A stretch of 63,405 nucleotides of DNA, the filler included, from Folioceros fuciformis (Eukaryota), in assembly GCA_049999805.1 (NCBI GenBank). It is 18 parts of 18 records of this genome, joined end to end, with 100 filler letters (N's around TTAATTAATTAA, not from the genome) between each part and the next. Parts side by side here need not be neighbours in the genome. Positions count along the whole stretch, not along the records: positions 33,664 to 40,530 come from JBNGIO010002679.1; positions 40,631 to 52,425 come from JBNGIO010002680.1; 16 more parts are not named here. The stretch is one strand, 5' to 3'. The position numbers and the translations under genes are program-made. Within the stretch, counting starts at the first letter, position 1. Each line of letters starts with the position of its first letter. This document shows positions 38,948-51,215 of this stretch, piece by piece. Below the pieces are notes generated by a model. It was not told the origin of the DNA, did no database searches, and saw nothing but the letters and a program-made list of their open reading frames with translations.

Positions 38948-39699
38948 GGTGCCATACAAATTAGACTTCAATCAATAATAATAAAACCTACCTATTAAGT
39001 ATCCATAACTTTTGTTCGGGATTGAAAAGATCCTAGCTAATCTTAATATTTCTAGTATTGAAACGAAGAGCCTAAGCTTAAATTAATCAAGATTGAAGAA
39101 TCAAGATGAAGAGTGCATAATAATATCACGTTATCATTCCTTGTGACGTGTTGGTCTAAGATCACATTTTGAACCTCTTGAAGTTAAAAAGGCTTTGTAA
39201 CATCAATTATTCCATAAATTCTCCATAGACAAAGTGCTTTAATAGATTCCATTTGTGGAGCCTTAGGCTACATTAAAAATGTAGTGAATAGTTGTCTAGA
39301 AACAAGTGTTCTAAGGTGGTGCTTTCTATGTACTTGGACAAGAGCAAGACATTAGTTGGTCTTATAAAATGATTATTTAAATTTTATAAAAATTATTTTA
39401 GCATGTCAAATATGTCGTCAATCTTCGTACCTTGTACTGCAAGATATTTAGAGTATCCTTTAGAAAAAAATAATAATTCTACCATAAGAAGTCTTAGTAT
39501 TTAATGTTAAAGGGAGTATATTGTTTGTCTGTAGTCATAAATAATATGAAATTTTGAGAACCTATGAAGATTCAAGACTAATGATCCATGCATTAGACCT
39601 AGTTTTGGACACAATGGAGAGTGGAATGCTACCCTATTGCTTGCTAGAACACGAGCAGTAGTTTGGTGTCTTACACATTTCTCTCCCAAATGCGGATTT

Positions 39700-40272
39700 G
39701 CTATTGTTTGGAGAATGCTAACCCTTGCAAGATGAAGGCAATGTTTTGGGTCTATTGTCCTATTATACAAGCTTTCCATTCCAAATGCTAGCCCCTACAA
39801 GAAGAAGACATGTTGGGGGTCTACCATATTATTATAGAAACTTTCAATCGCAAATGCTAGCCCCTATAAGGAGAAGACATATGTTGTGGGTCTACTATCC
39901 TATTATAGAAGCTTTCAATTGGAATTGCATTTGTATACGGATCAACCAAGTCTATTCAACCATTCTCAACATACTTGTGGCAGTTGTGCCTACAAGCAAT
40001 TGAGACTACTAGAAGTCTGAGTAAGCTCTAAGCACAAGAAAGATATTAGAAGTCTGAGTAAGCTCTAAGCACAAGAAAGATATTAGAAGTCTGAGTAAGC
40101 TCTAAGCACAAGAAAGAGATTGACAAAAATCTGATGCATATGGCAATGTGTGCTCTTTCCCTAATCACATGATCAAGTTTAGCATGATATTGTCGCCATA
40201 CTTGTTCCCAAACTCTTTCCCTAATCATGTGATCAAGTTTAGCATGATATTGTTACCGTACATGTTCCCAAA
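39700..40272. repeat. Short tandem duplications (about 75 bp x3, 37 bp x3, 60 bp x2)
   Basis: AATGCTAGCCCCTACAAGAAGAAG... x3; TAGAAGTCTGAGTAAGCTCTAAGCACAAGAAAGATAT x3; CTCTTTCCCTAATCACATGATCAAGTTTAGCATG... x2. Confidence 0.85.
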
Positions 40273-40630
40273 GAACGTTCTCCTGCCCTTCACGAATTAA
40301 ACCCACTTCTCTAATTCGTCTTACAAATTCAAGTTGTTCCATATCATATGTCTTGACATAATGTACATGTTTAGTTCCACCATACCCGTGAGGCATTAGG
40401 ATGGACAATGTTATGTCACCAAATATTGATCAACATTTAGATCAATAGAGTAGTCTTTAGAGTAGCCAGGCATCCGGCTAAGGTACAATATGAAAGTAAC
40501 ATTAATAGCAAGTCCAATACAAACTTGGTGNNNNNNNNNNNNNNNNNNNNNNNNNNNNNNNNNNNNNNNNNNNNTTAATTAATTAANNNNNNNNNNNNNN
40601 NNNNNNNNNNNNNNNNNNNNNNNNNNNNNN

Positions 40631-40975
40631 GACTGATCATTTTTCTACCATCAAGATTGATCATGTTTTTATTGTCACGACTGATCATTTTTCTACCATC
40701 AAGATTGATCATTTTTCTACCATTAAGACTGATCATTTTTCTACCACCAAGACTGATCATTTTTCTACCATCAAGACTAATTATTTTTCTACTATCAAGA
40801 CTAACTTCAATGCCTTTCGCGGTCACTCTCACTCTTACTATCTGATTATTCTCTCACTCTAACTATCTAACTATTCTCTCACTCTAACTATCTAACTATT
40901 CTCTCACTCTAACTATCTAACTATTCTCTCACTCTAACTATCGAACTATTCTCTCACTCTAACTATCTAACTATT
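40631..40975. repeat. Two adjacent minisatellites: 24 bp x7 and 25 bp x5
   Basis: GACTGATCATTTTTCTACCATCAA at 40631-40803; CTATTCTCTCACTCTAACTATCTAA at about 40845-40975. Confidence 0.93.
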
Positions 40976-41490
40976 TCAATGGTTTGTCATGAGGTATCTT
41001 CGTGAATATTCTCTTTTTATGCCCAGTTTGATTATTTCCTCTTTGACAAACCTACCAAACCTGTCCTTTGCACCAGAGGGGACACAACAATGTAGGAGCA
41101 GGTTGTGGATGGCTGGCTGATAGCGCTTGCGACAATAGGATTGGGGATGAGGGACAAAAATGGAACTGTGGCTTGGAACTGTGGCTTGCTGGCCGGTGGC
41201 ATATGAGATGACATGGTTGAGGGTGAAGGATGAAAATGGAGCCCGAAATGGCTTGGATGCCAGACGACTTGAGGGTAGAAAGCCTAAACACCACATGGCG
41301 CCCGGTAACCATGGATGGGGCATGCCCGCAAAAGGCAAGCATAGGTGCCAAAAGGTTTGCTTGCAATGTGCACAAATATCCGGTTTGGTCTTGACCCAAA
41401 AGCTTGCCTACGCGCCAAAGGGGATGCGAGAGTGTAACCTTTGTTTGTAAAAAAACCTAGAGAGAAAACCCGTCCCCTTTGGCATGCCAT

Positions 41491-41872
41491 ACTTGTTTAA
41501 GTGGCTCTTCCCAAAATGGTTTGGAGGACAAACATTCTCCTAAATGTATCTATAAACTACCCTAAACAAAAGATATTGTAGTCTCAGATGAGGAGAGCTT
41601 GTGATGCCATCAACAGTGAGTAAATAGATGATTCTAGAATAATTATTGTAAACGAAGTGTCCTGACGACATACTTTGATTAGGTTTTACTCGTAAATTAA
41701 GCATCTAGAACAAATGGCCCTCACACCAGCTACATGATGCTTAAGGCAGCACAAACAAGGTTAGTGCACACTTGTGCATCCCTGAATTCGTCCACGCATG
41801 GAAACAAAACACGCATGTCACGTTTCACCTCTTTCCCGGGTCTACTACCGTTGGAGGAGTTATTGACGCCAC
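41491..41872 (+). repeat. About 380-bp dispersed duplicate (module Y) of 44514-44895
   Basis: ACTTG.TTAAGTGGCTCTTCC...CGTTTCACCTCTTTCCCGG...TTGGAGGAGTT is colinear in both copies. Confidence 0.9.
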
Positions 41873-42379
41873 CTCTCTATGGCATGCCAAAGAGGACAAA
41901 GATTGTCTGCCCTCTTTTGTTGCATAAAAGCCACAATAATTGACCACTTTGGTGCCCAAACATAAATTACCCTTCTCGCCAAAGAGGACATCTGCACTGG
42001 CACGAAAAAACTAGAGCATTCTCGCAATCATACGATTCTTGTTTCCCCTTCTCTGATGGAAAGCACTCCACACACCCATGATATGAACTCCCTTGTTTTT
42101 AATTTGAAAATTGTGATTCCTCCAACTCCTCATCCCTTATGGCTTTACATGGCCCGCCTCTACGGAAGGCAAATTGGGATGGAGGGGATAGTGCCTCACC
42201 CTCGCCCATGCCTCTAGCCCCTTTCACACTCCAGGCACTCCATGACTAGTGCGTACAGCCCTTGCAGCTATAAGGGCACCTACACGGGCTGAAGGGTTGT
42301 AGGGGCGCCTCTCAAGCAGCTCGACACCGATTGCCCTTTGGCTTGGGGTGTATTAAATCCCGCAGGTCGGGTTCAATTC

Positions 42380-43087
42380 TGTTATTGCAGTATTGGATGC
42401 TCAAAAATGGCAGCAACCTCTTCAACTTTACAGTGCAATGCAACAAGAAGGCTAATTATTACCGTACCCGATTCTGTCACATTTGTGTCCCTCCTTCAAA
42501 CATATGTGAGTGTTGGCACACCAACCTTGGAGAAGGCATAGCAACTACATGCTCAAATAAGAGAACGAGGATATGAAGATGATACTTTTGTGGGCAGTAG
42601 TTTGATGAACATGTATATGAAGTGTGGCAACTTGGAGGATGCTTAGCCAATTGTTGATGGAGTTGGCCAAAAAGTAGTGAAAACATGGACTACCATGATT
42701 GTCAAATACTTTAGTAGGGTATGGGGCACAAAGCCCTTAGTCTTCACTCTTCCATACAAGGAGAAGGCATAGCTAGTCATCATTCTATCATATTTGTGTG
42801 CCTCCTCTCGACATGTGCAGACTTGGGCGTTGGAGAAGGGGAAGCATTTACATAAGAATATCAAAGCACGGGGTCTAGAAGGTGATGAGTTTGTTGCTAA
42901 CAATTCGGTGAACATGTATGCAAAGTGTGGCAGCTTGGAACCCGCTTTGACACTGTTTGATGGACTCGAGCAACACAAACATGTGGCAACTTGGAATGGT
43001 GTGACAACAAGGTCTTCCCAGAATGGTTTGGGCCAAGAAGCTCTCCATCTACATCATGCAATTTTAGCCGCTCCTCCACAGCTGTAG
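42380..43087 (+). pseudogene. PLS-type PPR pseudogene fragment
   Basis: DSVTFVSLL, QLHAQIRERGYEDDTFVG, LMNMYMKCGNLEDA and ALEKGKHLHKNIKARGLEGDEFVANNSVNMYAKCGSLEPALTLFD...VATWN...QNGLGQEAL. Frameshifts and stops present. Confidence 0.85.
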
Positions 43088-44119
43088 GGACGCCTCCCAC
43101 GCGCCTCTCTAGCCCACATCTCCCTTCATGCTCCTCAATATGTGCACCTCACACCTCACACTCCACAACTTACATCCTGAGCAGGCCTCGCTTCTTCACC
43201 CTGCTTGTCAAACGGTCCTTGAGTAGGACCTGCTTCTGAGGTAGTGTAGGCGCTTGCACTTGGCTTTCAATTGCGCACACAATAAGTGTCTTTGTACCCG
43301 AAGTGGAATTAGTGGGCAACAAGATGGTTGAGGAATGTTGAAACTTGCTTGGAGAGCCAAAATGGAGTGGCCGGCTTGGTAAATGGCCGCTTTGGTTGGC
43401 GTTCCAAAGCGGCCACTCCGCATAGCATATTGTCGAAGATACTCCGTGAAAAATGATCAAAATTTGAAGAGAGAGGGTATAGCCGCTTTGGCATGCCTTA
43501 GTAAGTTGCTCAAGATAGTGATGCATATGATTTTGACTTAGTTAGTTATGGAGCCAAAGATCTCCACGAGAATGAAGGGAGTAGACATGTGACCAAAAAA
43601 GCTAAATGCAAGCTATCTCATTACTTGAATTGGATTCCAATTCATTTCTTGTCAACATCAGCCTAGAGAGGAAAGTAGCTCGCTCAATAGGCAATACATG
43701 CATGAAACCGTAGTGTAGGGGTAATAAACTTGAGAGATAACCCACAACAAAATCACGCACTCAATAGAAAAGAACACATTTTCTACATATAGCTATAACT
43801 AGAGAAGTTGTCAGCTGGTAGTGCATCTTGTATCATCACAAGACTTAAGAATAGGTCTATGAGTTGATCATCCTTCAACTTCGAAGGGCTAAGTGCTAGA
43901 CACAAGCATCCAACTTCGAAGGGCTCAATACTAGACCCAGGCATCCAAGAGGTGAGAAACTCAAGAGAGAGCCCACAGTTTACCCCACTCATGTCAAATA
44001 GCGTCACGCACTCAACAACTTGTGACTATAAGTGGAACCCATCAAACAAAGGATTCTCACACAACATTTAGAAGCCATGCATTGGCTTAATGCAACTCCA
44101 CGGCATCGCTGGATCCCTG

Positions 44120-44507
44120 GCAGTATGGTGAGGCAATTAATCGTCACTGAACACACTCTTCTGATCTTTCAAATAGTTTTCAATTTCTTGTCGAGGACAA
44201 GAAAATAGGTTTCTATACCTAGCCTGTACAACGCATGCCAGTATTGTAGGTGCATTTGGACAATCCGTTTGCAATAAAGGAAGCTATTCTTAGCTTCCAG
44301 ACAAAATTTTTGTTTCGGCTCCATGACCAAATCATATTCTGCATGCAGAGGAGTTTGCAAATGTTCTTGGGAAGTGGGACATATTATCTGTCTCTACCTC
44401 AATAATAAGCTTCTGGCCACATTCAACAACTTCTGTGGCTGGCAACTTAGTCATCTATAGACTACAGAGGTTGGAGACTCGAAAGCTTGATCATTTTTCT
44501 ACCATCA
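44120..44507 (+). repeat. About 390-bp dispersed duplicate (module X) of 51805-52195
   Basis: TCGTCACTGAAC...TTCTTGTCGAGGACAAG...GGTGCATTTGGACAA...TTAGTCATCTATAGACT...AAGCTTGATCATTTTTCTAC is colinear in both copies. Confidence 0.9.
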
Positions 44508-44878
44508 CAAACGACTTGCTTAAGTGGCTCTTCCAAGGATGGTTTGGGGCACAAACATTCTCCTAAATGTATCTGTAAACTACCTTAAGAAAAAGATATT
44601 GTAGTCTTAGATGAGGTAAGCTTGCGGTGCCATCGACAATGATCGAATGGATGATTCTAGAATAATTGCTGCAAACGAAGTGTCTTGACAACATACTCTG
44701 ATTAGGTTTTACTTGTAAACTGAGCGACTAGAACAAACGGCCCCCACACCAGCTACATGATGCAAAAGGCAACACAAACAAGGTCAGCGCACACCTGTGC
44801 ATCCTTGAATTCGTAGATGCAAGGAAACAAAACACACATGTTACGTTTCACCTCTTTCCCGGCTCTACTACCATTGGA

Positions 44879-45220
44879 GGAGTTGCTGATGCCGCTTCTC
44901 TTGCCAATATCATGTCTTGCATATGGTGGAGTTGCTGACGCCGCTTCTCTTGCCAATATCATGTCTTGCATATGGTGGAGTTGTTGACGCCGCTTCTCTT
45001 GCCAATATCATGTCTTGCATATGGTGGAGTTGCTGACGCCGCCTCCCCTACCAATATGGTGTCCTGTATAAGCTGGAGTTGTTGATACCGCCTCTCCTAT
45101 CAATATTGTGTCCTATATATGCTAGAGTTGCTGACGCCCCCTTTCTTGCCAATATTATGCTCCACATATGTTGAAGTTGCTGATGCCGCCTATCTTGCCA
45201 ATATAGTATCCTGTAAACTC
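44879..45220. repeat. 49-bp minisatellite x7
   Basis: GGAGTTGCTGACGCCGCTTCTCTTGCCAATATCATGTCTTGCATATGGT, with a period of 49 from 44879. Confidence 0.93.
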
Positions 45221-45822
45221 GCCAAAGCTCGCTGAAAACTTACATTTGAAACACTCTTCTAGCTTGAGTTTGTTTGGTGAGTATGTGAACATGGTATTCA
45301 AGTGAACTGCAATTCGGTTTAAGGCTAGTTGAACATGTATGGAGTTACAAGTATGATTAGGTTTTAGAATCTTAACATACTTCAAATTTGTTAGCTACAA
45401 TACTTATCAAGCGGTGGTGATGGTGCGTAGGGCGATGGTGAGCATAGGGCGGTGGTGATGGTGCGTACGGCGATGGTGAGCGTAGGGCAGTTGTGATGGA
45501 GAGTAGGGCGGTGGTGATGAACGTGGAGCGTAGGCTGGTGGTATGGCATAGGTGTGTGCGCAACTTAGCTATGCCATTATACGGCTATGGGCCTAGGGTT
45601 TCTAAGAGGTGCTCTTTGGGGAAGAGTTTGGATGATGAAAAGTGATGTGGGGCAAGGCCATGTTCATTAGGGATTGGGTATGTGTTTGTGTCCACGTAAG
45701 GAAGGCGGTGGAGTAGGCTCACTGTACATACATAAATAGGTTCAAACATTCAATACTAGTATATACATAGGTAATTACAGGTACCAAAAAATGGTATACT
45801 GATATGGTGGACCAAGCAAGTA

Positions 45823-46320
45823 AGGTTTAGGGTTTAGCGGCAGGGCAAAACGGAATGAGTTTGGTATTTAGTAAAATGGCATAGCAAAATGAGATTAGGG
45901 TTTAGTGGCATGGCAGAGCAACAAGGTTTACAGTTTACAAGCATGGCAGCAGCATAATGGATTTAGGGCATGGCGGGGGAGAATGGATGTAGGGTTTAGG
46001 GGCATTGCGAAGAAAAATAGGTTTAGGGTTTAACGACATGATGGAGCAAAATAGGTTTAGGGTTTAGCCGCATGGCAGAGTGGAGTGGGTTTAGGGTGTA
46101 GCGACATGGTGGAGAAAAATGGATTAGGGTTTTATCAGCACTATGGAGCAAAAATGGGTTTAGAGTTTAGTGATATGGCAGAGTTGAATAGGTTTAGGGT
46201 TTAGTGACACGATGGAGAAAAGTGGGTTTCGGGTTTTATAAACATTATGGAGCAAAATGGGTCTAGGGTTGAGCGGCTTAGAGTGGAGCTTATGGAGAGC
46301 ATTATAGGGTTATGGGTTAC
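45823..46320 (+). repeat. About 34-bp minisatellite containing the plant telomere motif (about 14 copies)
   Basis: Consensus approximately GGTTTAGGGTTTAGCGGCATGGCAGAGCAAAATG; each unit carries about two TTTAGGG-like heptamers. Confidence 0.85.
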
Positions 46321-49300
46321 AATGAGGAGTACAATTGTTTGGTTTTGATCACTTTACAAGACTTTCTACATGCCTCTATCACATGGCGCGTGACACCCAG
46401 CCTTTACTTGTCAAGGACACCCCTTGCCAGTGTGTTCTCAATTTTGCACCAGGGTCAAGGGGGTGAAGTGTCATATTAGTCACAAGCATAAGAACTTCGA
46501 TAGAACCACTTGGGTGGCACAAGTGCGACTTGCTTCTTCCTCCGAACCAGCTGCCAATCCTCTTTTAACAGATCCTCTGGGGTCGTCCCCGAAGGCTTGG
46601 TTGTGGCTTCAAGGGCAATTTGATCACTTGTTGGCTCTTTTCCATGCTCGTTTTCCATGTCCTCGCCTCTTCCGACATCTCCCTAGGCGCGTACATGATG
46701 ATATTTGCCTTGCTTATTGTCTTCCCTTGGATCGCCTTGCTTGGGACCCAAGGGATGAGGGTGCTTGGATTTTGTTCCTTTTCCTTCCTAGATGGTGCCT
46801 TCAGTGCTCTAGGGGTGGTCCATCAAGTCATAGGGAGGAGGTGGCCTCTCGACTTCGCCGCTTTCGATCCGGAGATTGGCAAGCTCTTCAAAAGGAGGAT
46901 TTACTAGCAGCAAAATCTCGATTGGAGTTAGCTAAGGTTGACAAGGTGTGCCATGACCCATTTAAAGCGCGTCTCAAGTGGTGTCTCATGTTGGGCAGGG
47001 ATGGTGAATATGCTCGGGCTGCTAGAGCATTGCGCCCAGAGTTAGCTGCATCTGCAACTGAGGACACCATTGCTGCACTGTTTTTAGGCATGCACTCTCT
47101 TCTGCGCCGCGACTTTCTGTAGGGGGTTTGTCTGGCACAGTTTACGACCATTTTCGAGATTATTTTTCAACTGGGGATCCCTCAAATGGTTTTTCGGAGC
47201 TTTATACACTAGCAGCTGTTGTGGCCAAGGGCGAAGTTCCCAATCGAATCTCTCAAGTTTTGGCGGCTAGTAGGCTACTTGCATTGGAAAAGCCCACCTC
47301 AGGAGTGCGCTCGATTGCTGTGGGGGAGGTATTTTTGCGCCTTATCAGCCGAAGTATCGCAATTCAACTTAGGGAGTACTTCCAAGCGCATCTTGCACCC
47401 CACCAATTTGGGATTGCTACCCAGGTGGGTGTGAATCTGCCGCTCTCGGCATCCAGGCGGCCCTTGAGTTACATCCTCACTGGGTAGCTTTGCAGGTTGA
47501 TCTTGAGAATGCTTTCAACACCGTCTCTAGGGTCGCCATCTTCTTGGAGCTCAAGAGTGCAGGAGGTCAATTGGCAAGTCTTATCCTTTTTGTTCTCTCC
47601 TTCTATGGCTCGCCATCCAAGCTCTACTACCAACACGGCCCGACTTTTGAGGGGGTCTCAATTTTTGACTTAGCAATAGGCACAAGGCAAGGGGATCCAC
47701 TAGGGGTGCTCTTTTTGCAATGGTGCATTTTCGTGCGTTGTCCTTTATTGCCTTAGCATTTCGGGAATGCCTTTTCCCTTTCGTGGCTGATGACACTCAT
47801 ATTCTTGGGCAAGGAGTCATAGTCAAAGCAGCATTTGATTTCTTCTCATCAGAGCTCTCCAAGGTGGGGTTGCGGGTCAAGCTATCTAAATGCAGGGTTT
47901 GGTCCCCTTTAAGCATCACTCCCCCCCTTCAATATTTGGGGGGGGGACATCACCCCCTTGCAGGGACTTCGAGTCTTGAGTGCACACCCAAGACGCACAG
48001 GAGGTCCCACAGTGCCGCCTGTGGGACCTCCTGATTTTGTTCATAGGTTTGTGGATGAAGCATTGGATGAAGATTTGGCTCATATCATGGACCTCTCACA
48101 AATCGATGATCCTTAGATTGTGTTTGGTATCCTTTCTTCTTGTTTTGCACGACGACTGGGTTACCTCTCTACAATTGTTGCGCCTTCTCCATTTTTCTTA
48201 TCAAGTCTCAAGAAGTTTGATAATCAAGTTATGCAGGCTCTTGGGAACATCATAGGTCTGGCACCTTTGAGTATGATGTCGGTGATTTGGCTCAGAAGCA
48301 GGCTTCTTTGCTAGTCGCCTTTGGAGGGGTTGGTCTTTTGGTCATGCAGGCCTCTGCCCCAGTTGCCTTTCTCGGCAGCTGGGCCCTCTCAGCTCCAATT
48401 TTGGCCTCTCGTTTGTTGCTTACAAGATTCCCTTGTTCTTGAAAGTTTTATTTCAGGTGTTGAGGAGGGCGTTTTCCCTTTACAGGTATCTCTTAGGCAA
48501 GCGAGGGATTCTCTACCTTCGAAGGCTCGTGAGGCTCTACCTCCTTTCACCTCCTTTTCTAGGGAAGGGTTGAAGGGTCTCCAAGCCTCCCTCCTAGAAA
48601 AGCAATATGGTCAAGCACTAAGAGCCCTTCTTTCAGACTCATCCATCCCCAGGTCTTCTCGAGCTTGTATTCGATCTTGTTCAGGTAAAGGAGCGGGCTC
48701 TTGGTTTTTAGCTCGACCTTGCATCCAAGCGTTTTGAATCGCACCAGCAACTTTTGCCACCGCAATGAGATTTCGCTTAGGTTTGGCCCACCCCTTGGCT
48801 TTTTCTCTCTCTACATGCAATTGTGGGGTTGCCATTGTCGATATAGGATCCTATTTGGCACGTTGTCCCGTTGGGGGGCACCGCATTGCCACTCATGATG
48901 TAGTTCGAGATGTCATGTTCTCAACGGCTAAGGAGTGTGGGTTTCTTCCGTATAGAGAGCGTCCATATGCTTTGCGCAATGGGGTTTCACTTAGAGCCGA
49001 CCTTTTCTTCACTAGGGGAGAACAAGTTTGTGTTGATGTAGTTGTTACAAATCCCACTAGGAATTCAATTTGTGAGCACGTCATCATCAACTCCCCTGGT
49101 TGGGCAGCAGAGGGTTGTGCAAGTGCTAAAGTCCATAAGTATTCTCCCTTGCAAGACGGTGATACTTTCATCCCCCTTTCTCTTGAGACTCATGGAGCTA
49201 TGGGCAAGGACTTTTCAAGGTTTATCAAGGAGTGCACCAAGGTTCATTAGCGCAATAGGAATGGTGTTCTCCCTCTTTCCTTTGTGGTGGCCTTCTTTCG

Positions 49301-49454
49301 ACAACGTGTATCCATTGCTTTGCAATAAGCATTGGCCAATGCAGTTTTTAGAACAGTAACAAGCGCAAGTCAAGCGGATTCTTCGGCACCGGTGGTAGGT
49401 AGGCCTCTTGTTATTCCACATCATGACATTTTGGGAGCAGTATGTAGTTTTTAA
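46320..49454 (+). mobile_element. Non-LTR retrotransposon with restriction-like endonuclease, CRE-clade-like, decayed
   Basis: N-terminal CCHH remnant (PVCSQFCTRVKGVKCHISHKH). RT motifs LLALEKPTSGVRSIAVGEVFLRL, QFG, VDLENAFN, GTRQGDPLG, ADDTHI. C-terminal CNCG...LARC...G.RIATHDVVRD, RADL...VDVVV, KVHKY, FIPLSLETHG, RVSIALQ. Many stops and frameshifts; frame ends TAA at 49454. Confidence 0.88.
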
Positions 49455-49976
49455 AAATGATATTCGCAGGGGAGAGTACATCTTTTTGCCTTTGGCCCTA
49501 ATGAGGTTATTCCTCCAATCTTTGAAGTAGATGAGAGTTTCCATCTCTTTTTCAATCATAAAAAATACCGATAATTATAACCACAACCACAATATAATAT
49601 AATATGAAGTTTAAGAACTATGTATATACCTTGAAAGTGATTTTAAATTTGGAGTTCCTTGAAGACAAAGTTCCTTCTTTTCTGAATGTACACTTGGCGC
49701 TGCACAAAGTCAAGACTCGTGTTTTGAAAGACCTACACCTTATGGTGTGCAAGAGGGCCAAGAGGCTAACCTTGAAGATCTTCCTAAAACACTGAAACCT
49801 ACTCTTGCCCGGTTTGTGCATAATGTAATCTACAGCATACATTACTGATGACGTGTTGCTTACGTGACTATGACGCAAGGACTGGCTACTAGGGCAAGGG
49901 TGGTGGTACAGGGTTGTGGCGTTCTGGGATGTGCAGTGTGCGGTGTGTGTTTTGGAGGCGACGAGTGGCCAAGGAG

Positions 49977-51215
49977 ATGGATATAGCTGGAGCCTCGAAT
50001 GAGAGGGACGGTGTGTGGAAGGGAGGAGGAAGCACGGGCTACGGAGTGAATGGGGAGAAGCCGGGGGAGCGGCTGCCCGGGGATGTCTTGGATAGGATTC
50101 AGGCATGCCTGCCCATTACAGACTTCTTCCGCTCCCGCCTGGTTTGCAAGAGTTGGCATTCGAATTTGCTGTCGCATGCATTCCGGAAGATGCATGCCGA
50201 GCTGGCGGCGAAGGAGAAATGGGTGCTCACTCTGGCACGCTGCGATCATGGGAGGGACATCCACAACTTTCCTTGCGCTTACAACCCAGTGTCGAATAAG
50301 TGGGTGAGGCTCCCCTTGACGTGCTTCTGCCCTAATGGTGCGTCAGGGAATTTCCTTGCAAGCGGAGGCATGGTGTGCTTTCAGGAAGGCACTGAATCGA
50401 GCCGCAATGTCATCGTGTGCGACCCGTGTCTGGGTAGTCGCAATGCTGTGCCTGTGCCCAGCTTCATGGCAGACTCCGAGCTGCAGCTGGTAGGTTTCGT
50501 GAGGGACCGGGGCAGCAAGGAGTTCAAGGTTTTCGGGATCTGCTTCACCAGCCCGGAGCAGCCGGCGCCCACTGTAGTGTACGACTCCAGGAAGGGGGCG
50601 TGGGCCGTGACGGGGACAGCGTTCGTGAGCATGACTCGCCAGATCGAGAGGAGTGTGGTGTGGGGAGGTTGTCTCTATGTGGTGGGACGTGGTAGTAGAG
50701 GTTGGGGAGGCCGGTCTTACGAGGTGTTGAAGTGCAAGGTGGAGGACGGCGTTTGGCGCCGGGTGCCGGCCTCTTTTGTCATCGATGGTTGGACCTCGAG
50801 GGTGCAGCCTGGCCTGGACCTGGTCGTCCACAACAACAGATTGTTCCTTATAGGAAAGGTGGATGGCGAGAATGCGGAGGAAGACGCGTTCGACTACTTC
50901 CCTGTCATGTCGGGGTGTATCCTGTGGGAAGTGGTGGAAACTGAGCCGTATCTGAGAGTTGGCTCTGTCCGCCGAGCTCCCTCCTACTTAACGGAAGATT
51001 GGGCCGGTGCATTCTCTGGCCGTGACTGCTTGCTCTACATCCAGGTGTCCGACACCAGCCCCGTGGTTGCGGTGTGTGACGTATCGACAGCACCATATTC
51101 CTGGTGGCTGCTCCCTCCGTCGCCGGCAGCCGAGCAGCAATATCATGGGGGTGTCTCATTCGTCACCATGCCTGTCGAACCTGAGCTTGATGCTTTCGTG
51201 GGCAGCCAGAGTTGA
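49977..51215 (+). CDS. Intronless F-box protein (F-box/kelch-like beta-propeller type), 412 aa
   Basis: F-box LPGDVLDRIQACLPITDFFRSRLVCKSW, followed by AYNPVSNKW, ASGGMVCF, IVCDP, VYDSRKGAW, GCLY, LVVHNNRLFLIG. An upstream in-frame ATG exists at 49929. Confidence 0.92.
   Translation: MDIAGASNERDGVWKGGGSTGYGVNGEKPGERLPGDVLDRIQACLPITDFFRSRLVCKSWHSNLLSHAFRKMHAELAAKEKWVLTLARCDHGRDIHNFPCAYNPVSNKWVRLPLTCFCPNGASGNFLASGGMVCFQEGTESSRNVIVCDPCLGSRNAVPVPSFMADSELQLVGFVRDRGSKEFKVFGICFTSPEQPAPTVVYDSRKGAWAVTGTAFVSMTRQIERSVVWGGCLYVVGRGSRGWGGRSYEVLKCKVEDGVWRRVPASFVIDGWTSRVQPGLDLVVHNNRLFLIGKVDGENAEEDAFDYFPVMSGCILWEVVETEPYLRVGSVRRAPSYLTEDWAGAFSGRDCLLYIQVSDTSPVVAVCDVSTAPYSWWLLPPSPAAEQQYHGGVSFVTMPVEPELDAFVGSQS

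Noticed and set aside
43170-44030. Possible LINE 3' remnant on the minus strand
   Set aside because: Only a vague WPLWNA-type resemblance; too weak to call.
45823-46320. True telomere or chromosome end
   Set aside because: Internal to a contig, and the heptamers are interrupted by regular 20-bp spacers.
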